Positions 46,344 to 56,058 of a DNA stretch of 64,000 nt are shown here, one piece after another (the stretch's first letter is position 1; the number at the start of each line of letters is the position of its first letter). The translations under genes were made by a program, and so were the position numbers. The DNA comes from Phycisphaerales bacterium (lineage in GTDB: Bacteria > Planctomycetota > Phycisphaerae > Phycisphaerales > UBA1924): contig OZ245777.1 of NCBI GenBank assembly GCA_965227775.1, positions 3,232,001 through 3,296,000 of the forward strand, given 5' to 3'. Below the pieces are notes generated by a model that saw only the letters and a list, made by a program, of their open reading frames with translations, had not been told where the DNA came from and did no database searches.

Positions 46344-46375
46344 AAGGCCCGCCCCGATCTCGGGGCGGGCCTTTT
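46344..46375 (+). terminator. Intrinsic terminator after flagellin 2
   Basis: AAGGCCCGCCCCG-atct-CGGGGCGGGCCTTTT. Confidence 0.85.
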
Positions 46376-46406
46376 CCGTTGCGCAGCTTTGGCCACGCAC
46401 CCACGG

Positions 46407-47384
46407 ATGCCGATAGCTCCCAAGGTGGCACAGAATCCGCTCGAGATCCCAGGCTTGGCCGAGTTGCCCCAGGCGTATCAGGATGCACTGCGCGGCTTCC
46501 TGGCGTTCCTGCGCATCGAGTGCGGCCTGAGCCACAACACGCGGCTCGCATATGCACGAGACTTGCGCGACCTTTCGACCGATCTCGTCGAGCACGGCGT
46601 GACCGATCCGAAGGACATCCACGCCCGCGCGCTGGCCGATCACCTTGGTCGACTCTCAAGCCAGCGAGGGCTGAAGGCGCCAAGCCTCGCGCGACACCTC
46701 GCAAGCGTCCGAGCCCTCTGCCGCTGGCTGCACGCACGTGGCGTTGTGGCAGAAGACCCGACCGAGCCGCTGCTGAGGCCCGCACGCTGGAGGCGCCTTC
46801 CCAAGACACTGTCACCAAGCCAGGTGAGCACGCTCGTCGAGGCGCCGCATCCGCCCGAGCATGGTAAGGGGCCACCCCTTTGGCTGCGCGATCGCGCAAT
46901 GCTGGAGCTCATGTACGCCTGCGGCGTGCGCGCCACCGAGTTGTGCGACCTGGCCGACGACGACCCGGTGCGAGACGTGGCCATCCTGCGGGTGCGCGGC
47001 AAGGGCGACAAGGAGCGTGTTGTACCCATGGGCATGCCGGCCGTGCACTGGATCGCACGCTACCGACAGGAGTGCCGGCCGCGCCTAACCGAGCGTGGCG
47101 CGCCGCACAAGGGCCGGTTGTTCCTCTCACGCAACGGCAAGCCGCTGGAGCGCACTGCGGTGTGGGTGATTGTGAATCGCTGGGCCAAGCGCGTCGGCCT
47201 CGCGGGCATCCATCCCCACATGCTCCGCCACAGCTTCGCGACGCACCTTATGACCGGTGGGGCCGACCTGCGTGTCGTTCAGGAGATGCTGGGCCACGCC
47301 AGCATCGCCACGACGGAGATCTACACGCACTTGGACGGCGACCGACTGCAAGAAGTTGTCGCCAAGCACCTGCCGCTGGGCTGA
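46407..47384 (+). CDS. xerD: Tyrosine recombinase XerD
   Basis: [40 protein letters not shown]...[11 protein letters not shown]...TTEIYTH. Confidence 0.88.
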   Translation: MPIAPKVAQNPLEIPGLAELPQAYQDALRGFLAFLRIECGLSHNTRLAYARDLRDLSTDLVEHGVTDPKDIHARALADHLGRLSSQRGLKAPSLARHLASVRALCRWLHARGVVAEDPTEPLLRPARWRRLPKTLSPSQVSTLVEAPHPPEHGKGPPLWLRDRAMLELMYACGVRATELCDLADDDPVRDVAILRVRGKGDKERVVPMGMPAVHWIARYRQECRPRLTERGAPHKGRLFLSRNGKPLERTAVWVIVNRWAKRVGLAGIHPHMLRHSFATHLMTGGADLRVVQEMLGHASIATTEIYTHLDGDRLQEVVAKHLPLG

Positions 47385-47394
47385 ACCGGAGCGA

Positions 47395-48300
47395 CTACAT
47401 CGGGCGACGGAGCGGGTTGCCCGGGCTGTTATCGCCCATGCCGCGGTCGCGATCGGAAACCCATGAGCGGGACTTGGGTGGTTCGGCCTCCGTCGTGCCA
47501 TGGTCGCCCATGGGCCGATCGACCACGCCAACGGTCCGCTGGCCGTGGTTGCTGCCGACACCCGAGGAGCGGATGGTCTCCAGTTCCTTGTCGAGCTTTC
47601 GGTCCAGCTCGCTCACGGACTGGACGATCACGCCCGCTTCGACGCCGTCGCGGAAGCACACGAGCGAGTATCCCGCGAGGACGGCCGCCACCAGCGGCAG
47701 CGCGACGTGGGAGGCCAGCAACGCGACAGCGTCGAGCGCCTGCGGCCCCTGGCTCGATGACAGCAGTGTCTGATAACTCACAAAGGTGCCATTGAGCGGC
47801 AGGCCGGGCAGGTTGATCACGAGTGGCAATGACGCGAGACCAAGCACGGTTGACCACGTGCTTGCGCGCACGGCCTGTTCAACGCCCGGCACACTCCCAC
47901 CGCCGGCGACGACCGCCCCGAGCCCTACGGCGACCCAGAGCGTCGCAACGGAGATCAGGCCGATAGAGGCCGATGCGTCGGTGAACGTGCGCAGCGTGCC
48001 GTCCCATCGGCTCAGCACCTTCTCCGGCTCGGTCTGCACGGTGCGAGCGCCACGCGTGACCGCACGACCCGTCCGAGAAGTCCGAGCCTCGCCTTGGCTT
48101 GCCTCGGGCGTGACCACGGTCAGTTGCTGGGCCGCCGGCGGCGTCTCGAGCACCGTCCAGCGGACATCCGTGAAGTGGACGAATCCGAAGGACAGCATCT
48201 GCAGCACGGCCGCGAGGATCACGGCCAAGGCCGACCAAGTGACTGTGGTGCGAAGCTGCACCAGGGCCCCCGATACGTGAGGGCGAGCGGAATAGGACAT
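47395..48300 (-). CDS. Hypothetical membrane protein
   Basis: Four hydrophobic segments; GGAGGA RBS before ATG 48300. Confidence 0.7.
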   Translation of the reverse strand: MSYSARPHVSGALVQLRTTVTWSALAVILAAVLQMLSFGFVHFTDVRWTVLETPPAAQQLTVVTPEASQGEARTSRTGRAVTRGARTVQTEPEKVLSRWDGTLRTFTDASASIGLISVATLWVAVGLGAVVAGGGSVPGVEQAVRASTWSTVLGLASLPLVINLPGLPLNGTFVSYQTLLSSSQGPQALDAVALLASHVALPLVAAVLAGYSLVCFRDGVEAGVIVQSVSELDRKLDKELETIRSSGVGSNHGQRTVGVVDRPMGDHGTTEAEPPKSRSWVSDRDRGMGDNSPGNPLRRPM

Positions 48301-48566
48301 CGGCACGATCCTCCTGCGAGGCGCGCAACGCCTCATATGGAGGTATCGATTCCATCGGGGAACCGTCCCAGTCCTCCCACCGCCTGGCCCGTGATCGGCC
48401 GCTTGCCCAGCCGGCAGGGGCCGACCAACCAGCAGCGACGGCCCAGATTCCGGGAAGATCGGACCTGGCGGGGTAGTTTCAATTATTTCTGAAAGTATGC
48501 TGTACCGATGCCCTGTGGGCGTCAACAATGCCGTGAGCAAAAGCCCTGAACTCGGGAAGGACCTCG

Positions 48567-50012
48567 ATGCCCTCGATCTACGCAGCCCCGCCTCAGCACC
48601 CGGACATTCCGTCGAACGATCGCGGTCTGCTCGACGCGGCGGTTCGGGGTCATGCCCGCCTGACGCCCGAGCAGGGTCTGGAAATCCTCGGCACCATGCC
48701 GCTGGCCGAACTCGGTCGATGGGCCGACGCGAGGTGCCGACAAGTGCACGGCGATACGTACCGGACCTACGTCATCGACCGCAACATCAACTACACGAAC
48801 GTGTGCAGCGCGAAGTGCATCTTCTGCGCGTTCCGGAGAGACGCCGAGGACCACGACTCGTACACGCTCGAGTACGAGGACATTTACGAGAAGATCGCCG
48901 AGCTGAGCGATATCGGTGGTACGCAGATCCTGATGCAGGGCGGCATGAACCCAGCCCTGCCTCTCGACTGGTACCTCGGACTGCTGAACGGCATCAAGGA
49001 GCGTTTCCCGCACATCCACATTCACGCGTTCAGCCCGCCAGAGTTCATCGAGTTCGTGCACTTTTTCAACCCGCCCGGCGCAACGCTCGAAGACAAGATC
49101 CGTTGGGTCATGGTGCGACTACGTGAGGCAGGGCTCGACAGCCTGCCCGGCGGTGGTGGCGAGATCTTCGCGCCGGCCGTCCGCCGCAAGATCGGGCTTG
49201 GCAAGTGTGACGCGGAGGCATGGCTGACGTGCATGTACGTCGCCCACACGCTGGGCATGTTCACCAGCGCCACCATGATGTTCGGGCACATTGAGGGATT
49301 CGGCGACCGCATCCATCACATGCGGCTGGTTCGAGACTGGCAAGACCGAGCACTGCTCGAGGGCGGCGCTCGAGACCCAATGGATGCCGGGCCGGGCGAG
49401 CCGATCGCGACGCCGAGCTTCGGGCACTACAAGGCGTTCATCAGTTGGCCCTTCCAGCGAGAGAACACGCCGCTCGGCCGCCTCCGCGAGTGGGGCCAGG
49501 GCGAGGATGATGCGGGCGAGTTTCCTGGCGATATCGTCGCCAAGCTCGACGGCAGCGGCACGAAGGACGAGCACCCCGAGTTTGGTCGGCGACTCCGACT
49601 CGCCGGCGCGACGCAGTATCTCCGCACGCAGGCCATCAGCCGCCTGATGCTCGACAACATCTATTCGATCGGCAGCAGTTGGGTCACGATGGGCCCGCAC
49701 GTTGGCCAGGTCGGGCTCAAGTTTGGTGCGAACGACATGGGTAGCGTGATGATGGAAGAGAACGTCGTGTCGTCGGCCGGCACGACGTACTGCCTGAACG
49801 AGCCCGTGCTGTGCCGACTCATCCGTGACGCGGGCTACGTGCCCTCGCAGCGCGACAACACGTACGACATCATCCGCACGCACGACGGCCTTGAGAGCCC
49901 CGACCTGCGGGTAACCGACTGGAGCGAGCATCGCGCCCGCAAGCTGCACACGCAGGCGCCTGCCGAGTCTTCGGCTGCCACGCTCACGGTCAGCGCCGGC
50001 TCACGAGACTGA
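48567..50012 (+). CDS. mqnC: Cyclic dehypoxanthinyl futalosine synthase (radical SAM)
   Basis: YVIDRNINYTNVCSAKCIFC, SLPGGGGEI, ATMMFGH, SSWVTMG, GANDMGSVMMEENVVSSAG. Confidence 0.9.
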   Translation: MPSIYAAPPQHPDIPSNDRGLLDAAVRGHARLTPEQGLEILGTMPLAELGRWADARCRQVHGDTYRTYVIDRNINYTNVCSAKCIFCAFRRDAEDHDSYTLEYEDIYEKIAELSDIGGTQILMQGGMNPALPLDWYLGLLNGIKERFPHIHIHAFSPPEFIEFVHFFNPPGATLEDKIRWVMVRLREAGLDSLPGGGGEIFAPAVRRKIGLGKCDAEAWLTCMYVAHTLGMFTSATMMFGHIEGFGDRIHHMRLVRDWQDRALLEGGARDPMDAGPGEPIATPSFGHYKAFISWPFQRENTPLGRLREWGQGEDDAGEFPGDIVAKLDGSGTKDEHPEFGRRLRLAGATQYLRTQAISRLMLDNIYSIGSSWVTMGPHVGQVGLKFGANDMGSVMMEENVVSSAGTTYCLNEPVLCRLIRDAGYVPSQRDNTYDIIRTHDGLESPDLRVTDWSEHRARKLHTQAPAESSAATLTVSAGSRD

Positions 50013-50351
50013 GTCATCCGGATCACTGACGTTATAGGCCGTGAACTTCTGTTCGATGAACCCCTCGTGCTGCACGGGCGGGTGTACCACTTCCACGCGT
50101 CGCGAGTTATCGTGTTCGAGATAGAGCTCGGCCATCCGTCGATCGATCGAGTCGACGATCGCTTCGCGTTCTGATTCGGGCGCAAGCATGAGGCACGCGA
50201 GCCAGCGTCGGCCGAGCTCGGCACCCGCAGGCCGCAACAGCTCAACGAGCATCTGTACGTGGTCGCTCGGTGAGAGCATCGGCAACGGCGTCGATTCGCG
50301 ATCGCGCTGGGGCTGATCGTGCTTCGGGCTGGGTTGAGGCGGGTTTGCCAT
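50001..50351 (-). CDS. Hypothetical protein
   Basis: GGAGGG RBS; helical core LGRRWLACLMLAPESEREAIV; overlaps the upstream HTH gene. Confidence 0.55.
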   Translation of the reverse strand: MANPPQPSPKHDQPQRDRESTPLPMLSPSDHVQMLVELLRPAGAELGRRWLACLMLAPESEREAIVDSIDRRMAELYLEHDNSRRVEVVHPPVQHEGFIEQKFTAYNVSDPDDSVS

Positions 50352-50790
50352 GGTCGCCCTCCGGCGGCTTGGGCTCGATATCCGCCGACACCGCTCCAGA
50401 TGGCGGACCACCCTGGCGGATCATCGTCTCGAGCACCTGAGTGTAGCGTTCGAGCCGTTTCATCCGCGACTCGAGCCGTTCGATGGCGAGTGCGACGTGC
50501 GTGAGCAGGTCGGTCGCGTTGGCCTCCCGCAGCACGTGCGGCTTGATCTCGGCTTGCCGCATCGGGCCGCGGCCGGTAAGCACCCAATTGATATTCAGAC
50601 CGAGCGAATCGGAGAGGCGCGAAACGAAGTCGACGCTCGGCGCATGGCCGCTCAAGTAGCGCCGCACCGTTTCTGGGTGCGTGTTGGTCATCTGGCCGAC
50701 GCGACGGAACGTCCGATCGCCAACGGCGGCCTGCAGCCGATCGTGCAGTCGCTCGTGCCCGCTGGTCTCGTTGCTCCCTTGATCACCCAC
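50242..50790 (-). CDS. XRE/Cro-like helix-turn-helix protein with coiled coil
   Basis: TFRRVGQMTNTHPETVRRYLSGHAPS...LNINWVLTGRG. Confidence 0.75.
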   Translation of the reverse strand: MGDQGSNETSGHERLHDRLQAAVGDRTFRRVGQMTNTHPETVRRYLSGHAPSVDFVSRLSDSLGLNINWVLTGRGPMRQAEIKPHVLREANATDLLTHVALAIERLESRMKRLERYTQVLETMIRQGGPPSGAVSADIEPKPPEGDHGKPASTQPEARSAPARSRIDAVADALTERPRTDAR

Positions 50791-50808
50791 GCCGGTATTG
50801 TGACCCTC

Positions 50809-52962
50809 TCACCCCACGTCGGCAAGCCCAAGCCACTCGCCAACGGTCCGTAAGACGCGGCGTTTGAGTACGGTGTCTTCGGCGTTTCCCAGCTTTGGTG
50901 ATCGCTTCACCCACTCCTGCGCGTCTCGACGCGCGAGCTCGAGGAGTTCGGCATCGCGCACCAAATCGGCAACCCTTAGGGGCAGCGCGCCCGATTGCCG
51001 AGAGCCGAACATCTCTCCTGGCCCGCGCAACGCGAAGTCAGCCTCGGCAAGCTTAAAGCCGTCGGTGGTCTTCGTGATTGCCTCCATCCGCTTCGCGCCC
51101 ACCTCGGTCGTCGGGTCGGCAACAAGCAGGCACTCGGCTCGAAGATCCCCGGGAATGCCGCCGCGCCCGACACGGCCGCGAAGCTGGTGGAGCTGGGCGA
51201 GCCCGAACCGAACGGCCTGCTCAATAACCATGCACGTGGCACCCGGCACATCGACGCCGACCTCGACGATGGTGGTTGCCACGAGTACGGGTGCTTCGCC
51301 GTTGCGGAAGCGTTCCATCACCGCCTCGCGCGTCGCCGTGGTCATCTTTCCGTGCAAGAGCCCGCAACGCACGCCCTCGAGCGGGCCGGTCTGGAGTTCC
51401 TTGATAAGGTCGACGACGCCGACGAGCGGTTCTTTATCTACAGATTGCTCTGACGAATCGACGAGTTCGAGCTGCTGCGAGCTGTCGCCGATCGCCGGCG
51501 CGATGACGAACGCGAGACCACCGCCACGCACGTGCTCGCGTAGCCGCGCGTAGGCCCAGTCGCGCGACGCCTTTGGCACGTGCTCGGTGTGCACCGGCTG
51601 GCGTCCCGGTGGCATGTCGCCGATGGTCGTGACGTCGAGATCACCCAGCACGCTAATCGCGATGGTGCGCGGTATGGGCGTAGCGGTCATGACCAGAGTG
51701 TGGGGAATGACTTCGCCGGCCTTCTCTCGAAGCGCCGCGCGCTGGTGCACGCCGAAGCGGTGCTGCTCGTCGATGATGGCGAGCGCGAGGCTCTTGAACT
51801 TCACCACGTCGGTGAGCAGGGCGTGCGTGCCGACGACGATATCGGTGTGGCCCATCGCCAAGTCTGCAAGGACGCGTTGGCGTTCGGCGTTGCTCAACGC
51901 GCCGGTCAGCATCGCCACGCGCACGTCGGCCTTCTGGAGCATCGCACGCAAGGATCGCTCGTGCTGCTCCGCGAGGATCTCCGTCGGAGCCATAAGCGCA
52001 GCCTGGTGGCCGGTGGCGACGGCCATGAGCATCGCATAGGCGGCGACCATTGTCTTGCCCGACCCGACGTCGCCCTGGATGAGACGGTTGGCGGGCGTGG
52101 TCTGGGCGAGATCGCCGGCCAACTCTTGCATGGCTGCCAGCTGGCCGGGTGTGGGCGTGTACGGCAGCCTCGAGACGATTCGCTCGTGCAACTCGTCGTC
52201 CGCGCGCAGTGCGATAGCTCGCCCCTCTTGCCTTAACTCGGCCCGTCTGAGTTGAACGCCGAGTTGAAGCATCAGCAACTCGTCGTATGCGAGCCGACGC
52301 CGCGAGATGGCCAGTTCGTCCTCGTCGGCCGGAGCGTGCTGCATGCGATAGGCATCGCGCAGCTCGGGCAGTGCGCGATGGTTGCGGAACGCCTGGTCAA
52401 GGTGGTCCTCGATGTACGGGAGCGCTGCCGGCAACGCGGCCGTGATCGCGTCGGCAATAGCCCGGCTCTTCAGACCTTCACCTGCCGGATACACAGGCAT
52501 GAGCCGCCGATCGAGCCCGTCATCGGGTGCGGCACCGTCTTCGGCTTCGGGGAGCACATCGAACGTCGGATTGGCCAACTGCGGGTGGTGGTTGTAGGTC
52601 GCCACCTTGCCCTGTACGCGGAGGCGAACGCCCGGCTGGATCTGCGAGCGAAGGTAGCCACCGTTGAACCAGACCAGGTCGAGCGAGCCCGAATCGTCGG
52701 TGAGCTTGGCCTGCAGACGCTGCTTCGGAAAGCGGCCGGCCATTCGCGTGGAGGTGACTTCCCCCACCGCCGAGCATTGCTCACCTTCGGTGAGTTCGGC
52801 GATGGGCCGTGTCGGCTCGTGCCACTCGTGCCGCATGGGTAGGTGCGCGATCAGCTTGCCGATGTTCGTCAAGCCGAGGGCCGCGAGCTGCTTGGCGCGA
52901 CGCGGCCCGACGCCGTACAGTTCGATGAGTGGGCTGGTCAGGCTCAGGGTCTGCTCGGTCAT
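50809..52962 (-). CDS. recG: ATP-dependent DNA helicase RecG
   Basis: RLIQGDVGSGKT, DEQHRFGV, MTATPIPRT, LHQLRGRVGR, QSG. Confidence 0.97.
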   Translation of the reverse strand: MTEQTLSLTSPLIELYGVGPRRAKQLAALGLTNIGKLIAHLPMRHEWHEPTRPIAELTEGEQCSAVGEVTSTRMAGRFPKQRLQAKLTDDSGSLDLVWFNGGYLRSQIQPGVRLRVQGKVATYNHHPQLANPTFDVLPEAEDGAAPDDGLDRRLMPVYPAGEGLKSRAIADAITAALPAALPYIEDHLDQAFRNHRALPELRDAYRMQHAPADEDELAISRRRLAYDELLMLQLGVQLRRAELRQEGRAIALRADDELHERIVSRLPYTPTPGQLAAMQELAGDLAQTTPANRLIQGDVGSGKTMVAAYAMLMAVATGHQAALMAPTEILAEQHERSLRAMLQKADVRVAMLTGALSNAERQRVLADLAMGHTDIVVGTHALLTDVVKFKSLALAIIDEQHRFGVHQRAALREKAGEVIPHTLVMTATPIPRTIAISVLGDLDVTTIGDMPPGRQPVHTEHVPKASRDWAYARLREHVRGGGLAFVIAPAIGDSSQQLELVDSSEQSVDKEPLVGVVDLIKELQTGPLEGVRCGLLHGKMTTATREAVMERFRNGEAPVLVATTIVEVGVDVPGATCMVIEQAVRFGLAQLHQLRGRVGRGGIPGDLRAECLLVADPTTEVGAKRMEAITKTTDGFKLAEADFALRGPGEMFGSRQSGALPLRVADLVRDAELLELARRDAQEWVKRSPKLGNAEDTVLKRRVLRTVGEWLGLADVG

Positions 52963-53303
52963 GCCTGCGAGTCTTCGTCTGCCGGTGCGTCGGGATCGAT
53001 CGAGCGAAGATAGTCCCAGCTGAAGATGCCTGTGCGATGGCCGTCGGAGAAGGTAACTCGGATGGCGTAGCGGCCCACGAGCTGCGCATCGACCGCGCGC
53101 AGCTCCGACCCCGAGCCGCTATCGGGTACGACGACGAGCGGATTGGTCTGCATCTCTTCTCGCAGCTGCCGCATGTCAGCCGAAGGTGACATCCGCCGCA
53201 GATACGCCAGCGGGTAGAACGACTCCGTGCCGTCCTGCCAGCGCACGGCCAACCCCTTGGCCCGGTCGAGGTCGAGGCTCGCCGGAGCTGGCTCTTGGGT
53301 CAT
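52959..53303 (-). CDS. DUF971-family protein
   Basis: LRRMSPSA, VGRYAIRVTFSDGHRTGIFSWDYL. Confidence 0.88.
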   Translation of the reverse strand: MTQEPAPASLDLDRAKGLAVRWQDGTESFYPLAYLRRMSPSADMRQLREEMQTNPLVVVPDSGSGSELRAVDAQLVGRYAIRVTFSDGHRTGIFSWDYLRSIDPDAPADEDSQA

Positions 53304-53357
53304 GCCGGCTGTCCGGGGCGATCGCGCCGCGCTCGCCGGGGTTCTATCGTCATTGAC

Positions 53358-54239
53358 ATGGCACACGATAGCGCCGGCACCGACTTCGACCGCACGCTCA
53401 GGAGCGCCCAGGAGCGTTGCGGGGCCCCGTTGTGCGTGGGGATTGACCCCGTACTCGATCGCCTGCCCGAGTCCGTAGCTGGCGCCGAGCCCGGGCCGGC
53501 CTTTGAGGCGTTCTCACGCGGAATCGTGGAGGCGGTATCTCCATCGGCGAGCGCGGTGAAGTTCCAATCCGCGTGCTACGAGCGGCTCGGGGCCCCGGGC
53601 ATCCTCGCCCTCGAGGCCGGCATCCGTCGGGCCCGCGATGCCGGGCTGGCTGTGATCCTGGACGCGAAGCGCGGAGACATCGGAATCTCGGCCCGCCATT
53701 ATGCGGCCGCCGCGAAGCAACTTGGTGCGCATGCAATCACCATCAGCGCGTACCTGGGCATCGAGACCATTGAGCCCTTCCTTGACGAGGGGCTCGCCGT
53801 TTTCGTGCTCGTGCGCACCAGCAACCCCGGATCGGCGGACGTCCAGGACGTACCGCTGCGCTCAGGCGGCACGCTGGCGATACACGTGGGCCAGCTCGTC
53901 GCAGAATTGGGCAGGTCGCGGCCGGGCGTGCACGCCGTCGTCGGCGCGACGCAGCACGCCCAGTCGGCCGTGCTTCGTGCCGTGATGCCACGCCAGCTCT
54001 TCCTGTTGCCTGGGCTCGGGGCCCAGGGCGCCAGTGTTGAAGATCTCTGCGCGTTCGCGACGCATCCGTCTCATGCCGAAGAGGATCCGTCACGCGGCCT
54101 ATTGCCGACGGCCAGCCGATCGGTCATCTTCGCCGGCAGCGGAACCGCCTGGATGGAAGGCGTGGCGGCGGCCGCGTCTGATCTAAACAGCCAGCTTCGC
54201 GAAGCCCTCACGGCACCAGCGGTATCGCCCGCCAACTAG
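53358..54239 (+). CDS. pyrF: Orotidine-5'-phosphate decarboxylase
   Basis: LCVGIDP, DAKRGDIG, VRTSNPGS, VVGAT, LLPGLGAQG, SRSV. Confidence 0.93.
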   Translation: MAHDSAGTDFDRTLRSAQERCGAPLCVGIDPVLDRLPESVAGAEPGPAFEAFSRGIVEAVSPSASAVKFQSACYERLGAPGILALEAGIRRARDAGLAVILDAKRGDIGISARHYAAAAKQLGAHAITISAYLGIETIEPFLDEGLAVFVLVRTSNPGSADVQDVPLRSGGTLAIHVGQLVAELGRSRPGVHAVVGATQHAQSAVLRAVMPRQLFLLPGLGAQGASVEDLCAFATHPSHAEEDPSRGLLPTASRSVIFAGSGTAWMEGVAAAASDLNSQLREALTAPAVSPAN

Positions 54240-54296
54240 CCGGTCTCACGCTTGCTGACTGACTAGCCGGGGTTCCTTGGTCTTGGTCAGCGCACG

Positions 54297-54325
54297 AAAA
54301 CCGACAATCCACGAGGGATTGTCGG
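54297..54325 (-). terminator. Intrinsic terminator of the PEP-CTERM gene
   Basis: AAAA-CCGACAATCC-acgag-GGATTGTCGG; gives a U-tract on the minus strand. Confidence 0.75.
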
Positions 54326-54375
54326 CGATGGGTCTATCAGTACCGACTGAGGGAGGCAGCCGGTGGTGTGATCGC

Positions 54376-55029
54376 TTAGCGGCGGCGGCGAGTGGCGGCG
54401 AGGCCACCGAGGCCGAGCAGCGCCAGCGTCGCGGGAGCAGGGATAACTTCACCACTCACCTGCGTCGAAACGCCGGAGAAGTCGGAGGTGAAGAAGTCGC
54501 TGGAGCCTGAGATGAACAGCTGGACGAGCGCACCGTCGTAGGGGGCTTCGCCGGGCAGGTCGGTCGAGAACGAACCCGAGGTCGGGCCGTCAAAGGTACC
54601 GTCACCGCTCACGTCGTTGAACTGGACGCCGGACAGCAGGCCATTAAAGGCGATGATGCCGCCCGAGCCGAGCTGGATGAACTGGCCATCGATCGTGCCA
54701 GTCAGCGACTCACCGGTCACGTCGACGATCGTGAAAGTACCGTCGCCATCAGCGGTGCCAGCACCGGTGATCATGACGTCGATGTCGAAGCTGAAATCAG
54801 CGAAGCCGGTGCCAACGAAGCCGGGCTCGAACACTGCGGTTCCGCCGGGGCTGGCCAGGCGAGTCACATCGCCCGAAGTCGTTGCAGTCGAAGCACCGAC
54901 GAACGAGCTATCGCTCGCGGTGAACGAGCCGTCAACGTCGGTGAATCCGAACGTCAGGATGGCCTGAGCGTTGGCCACAGCAGCGGTGGCAGCAACGCCG
55001 GCAACGGCAATAAGCGTGGTACGACCCAT
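54376..55029 (-). CDS. PEP-CTERM (IPAP variant) surface protein
   Basis: Signal peptide; Gly/Ser/Thr/Asp-rich body; C-terminal IPAPATLALLGLGGLAATRRRR. Confidence 0.92.
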   Translation of the reverse strand: MGRTTLIAVAGVAATAAVANAQAILTFGFTDVDGSFTASDSSFVGASTATTSGDVTRLASPGGTAVFEPGFVGTGFADFSFDIDVMITGAGTADGDGTFTIVDVTGESLTGTIDGQFIQLGSGGIIAFNGLLSGVQFNDVSGDGTFDGPTSGSFSTDLPGEAPYDGALVQLFISGSSDFFTSDFSGVSTQVSGEVIPAPATLALLGLGGLAATRRRR

Positions 55030-55372
55030 CTCTGCATCTCCTCAAGGGCATTCGCCCATTCGGTACGCCCCGACGATCGGCCAGTACGGCCGCCCAGTCT
55101 CCCGATGGGATCGGGGCAATCTCCTCTTAGCGTACAGGCTAACCGGACTTTTGCCAGGAATCCAGACCGATTTGCGTGCGCCGACCTCGAATTATCTGGA
55201 CGCTTGCACTTTTGCTTACCCAGATTACCAAAGCGACACCAGACGGTGCGTTTGACCGAATTATTGGACGTATTGAGCTGATAATTATGTCCGATAAAAC
55301 AGCACGTCGGCACGTTGCGATTTCGCATCATCGAAGGTTTGGATTGTGGGAGGTGCCGCCAAAACGGCAATT

Positions 55373-55936
55373 TCACATTGGCTTCTTGTCGATCGTCACG
55401 TCGTAGACGTGCAGGAGCTTCTCCTTGTCGAAGATCAGCTCCTGGCGGCTTTGGCCAGTGATGTCGTACTCGGTAGTCAGCTCGATGGCGTCGACCGGGC
55501 AGGCCTCTTCGCACATACCGCAGAAGATGCAGCGAAGCTCATCGATCTCGAACTTCTTGGGGTACTTCTCCCGGTCGTCCCAGGGGCTCTCCTCGGCCAC
55601 GATGTGGATGCAGTTGGCCGGGCAGATCGTCGGGCACATCATGCAGGCCACGCACTTCACGCGGCCGTCCTCATCCCGATTCAGGCGGTGGACACCACGG
55701 AAGTTGCTGGCGTTTTGGCCGCCCTCTTCGACGGGCAGGTGCTCTCGCCGCTCCTCGGGGTATTGCAAGGCCCGATTGGTGTTCTTGCCGGGAAACACTT
55801 TGCCCTGACCAAAGCTGGTGAGAAAGTGCCGCATCGTGGTGCCAAAGCCCACCACGACCTCTCGGACGTAGAGCCGCTCGGTGGCGCTGGTGGGTGGTGG
55901 TGCGATCCGCAGGATGTCCTGTTCTGGCACGGTCAT
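55373..55936 (-). CDS. nuoI: NADH-quinone oxidoreductase subunit I
   Basis: QYPEE, FRGVHRL, CVACMMCPTICP, CIFCGMCEEACP. Confidence 0.92.
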   Translation of the reverse strand: MTVPEQDILRIAPPPTSATERLYVREVVVGFGTTMRHFLTSFGQGKVFPGKNTNRALQYPEERREHLPVEEGGQNASNFRGVHRLNRDEDGRVKCVACMMCPTICPANCIHIVAEESPWDDREKYPKKFEIDELRCIFCGMCEEACPVDAIELTTEYDITGQSRQELIFDKEKLLHVYDVTIDKKPM

Positions 55937-56058
55937 GGGGCCGATGATAGGGCAAGGAATGCTCGGTCGATCGCGGCCCGAGGGGAAAGGCCGCCCGAGG
56001 AAAAGTCGACCGGAAACCCGATGAACGACGCGGCCTCGGGCCGAGATAGACTGTTGGT

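Noticed and set aside
46407..47384. Tyrosine recombinase as an integrase or flagellin phase-variation invertase
   Set aside because: Canonical chromosomal XerD sequence; separated by a terminator; no inverted repeats seen around the flagellins.
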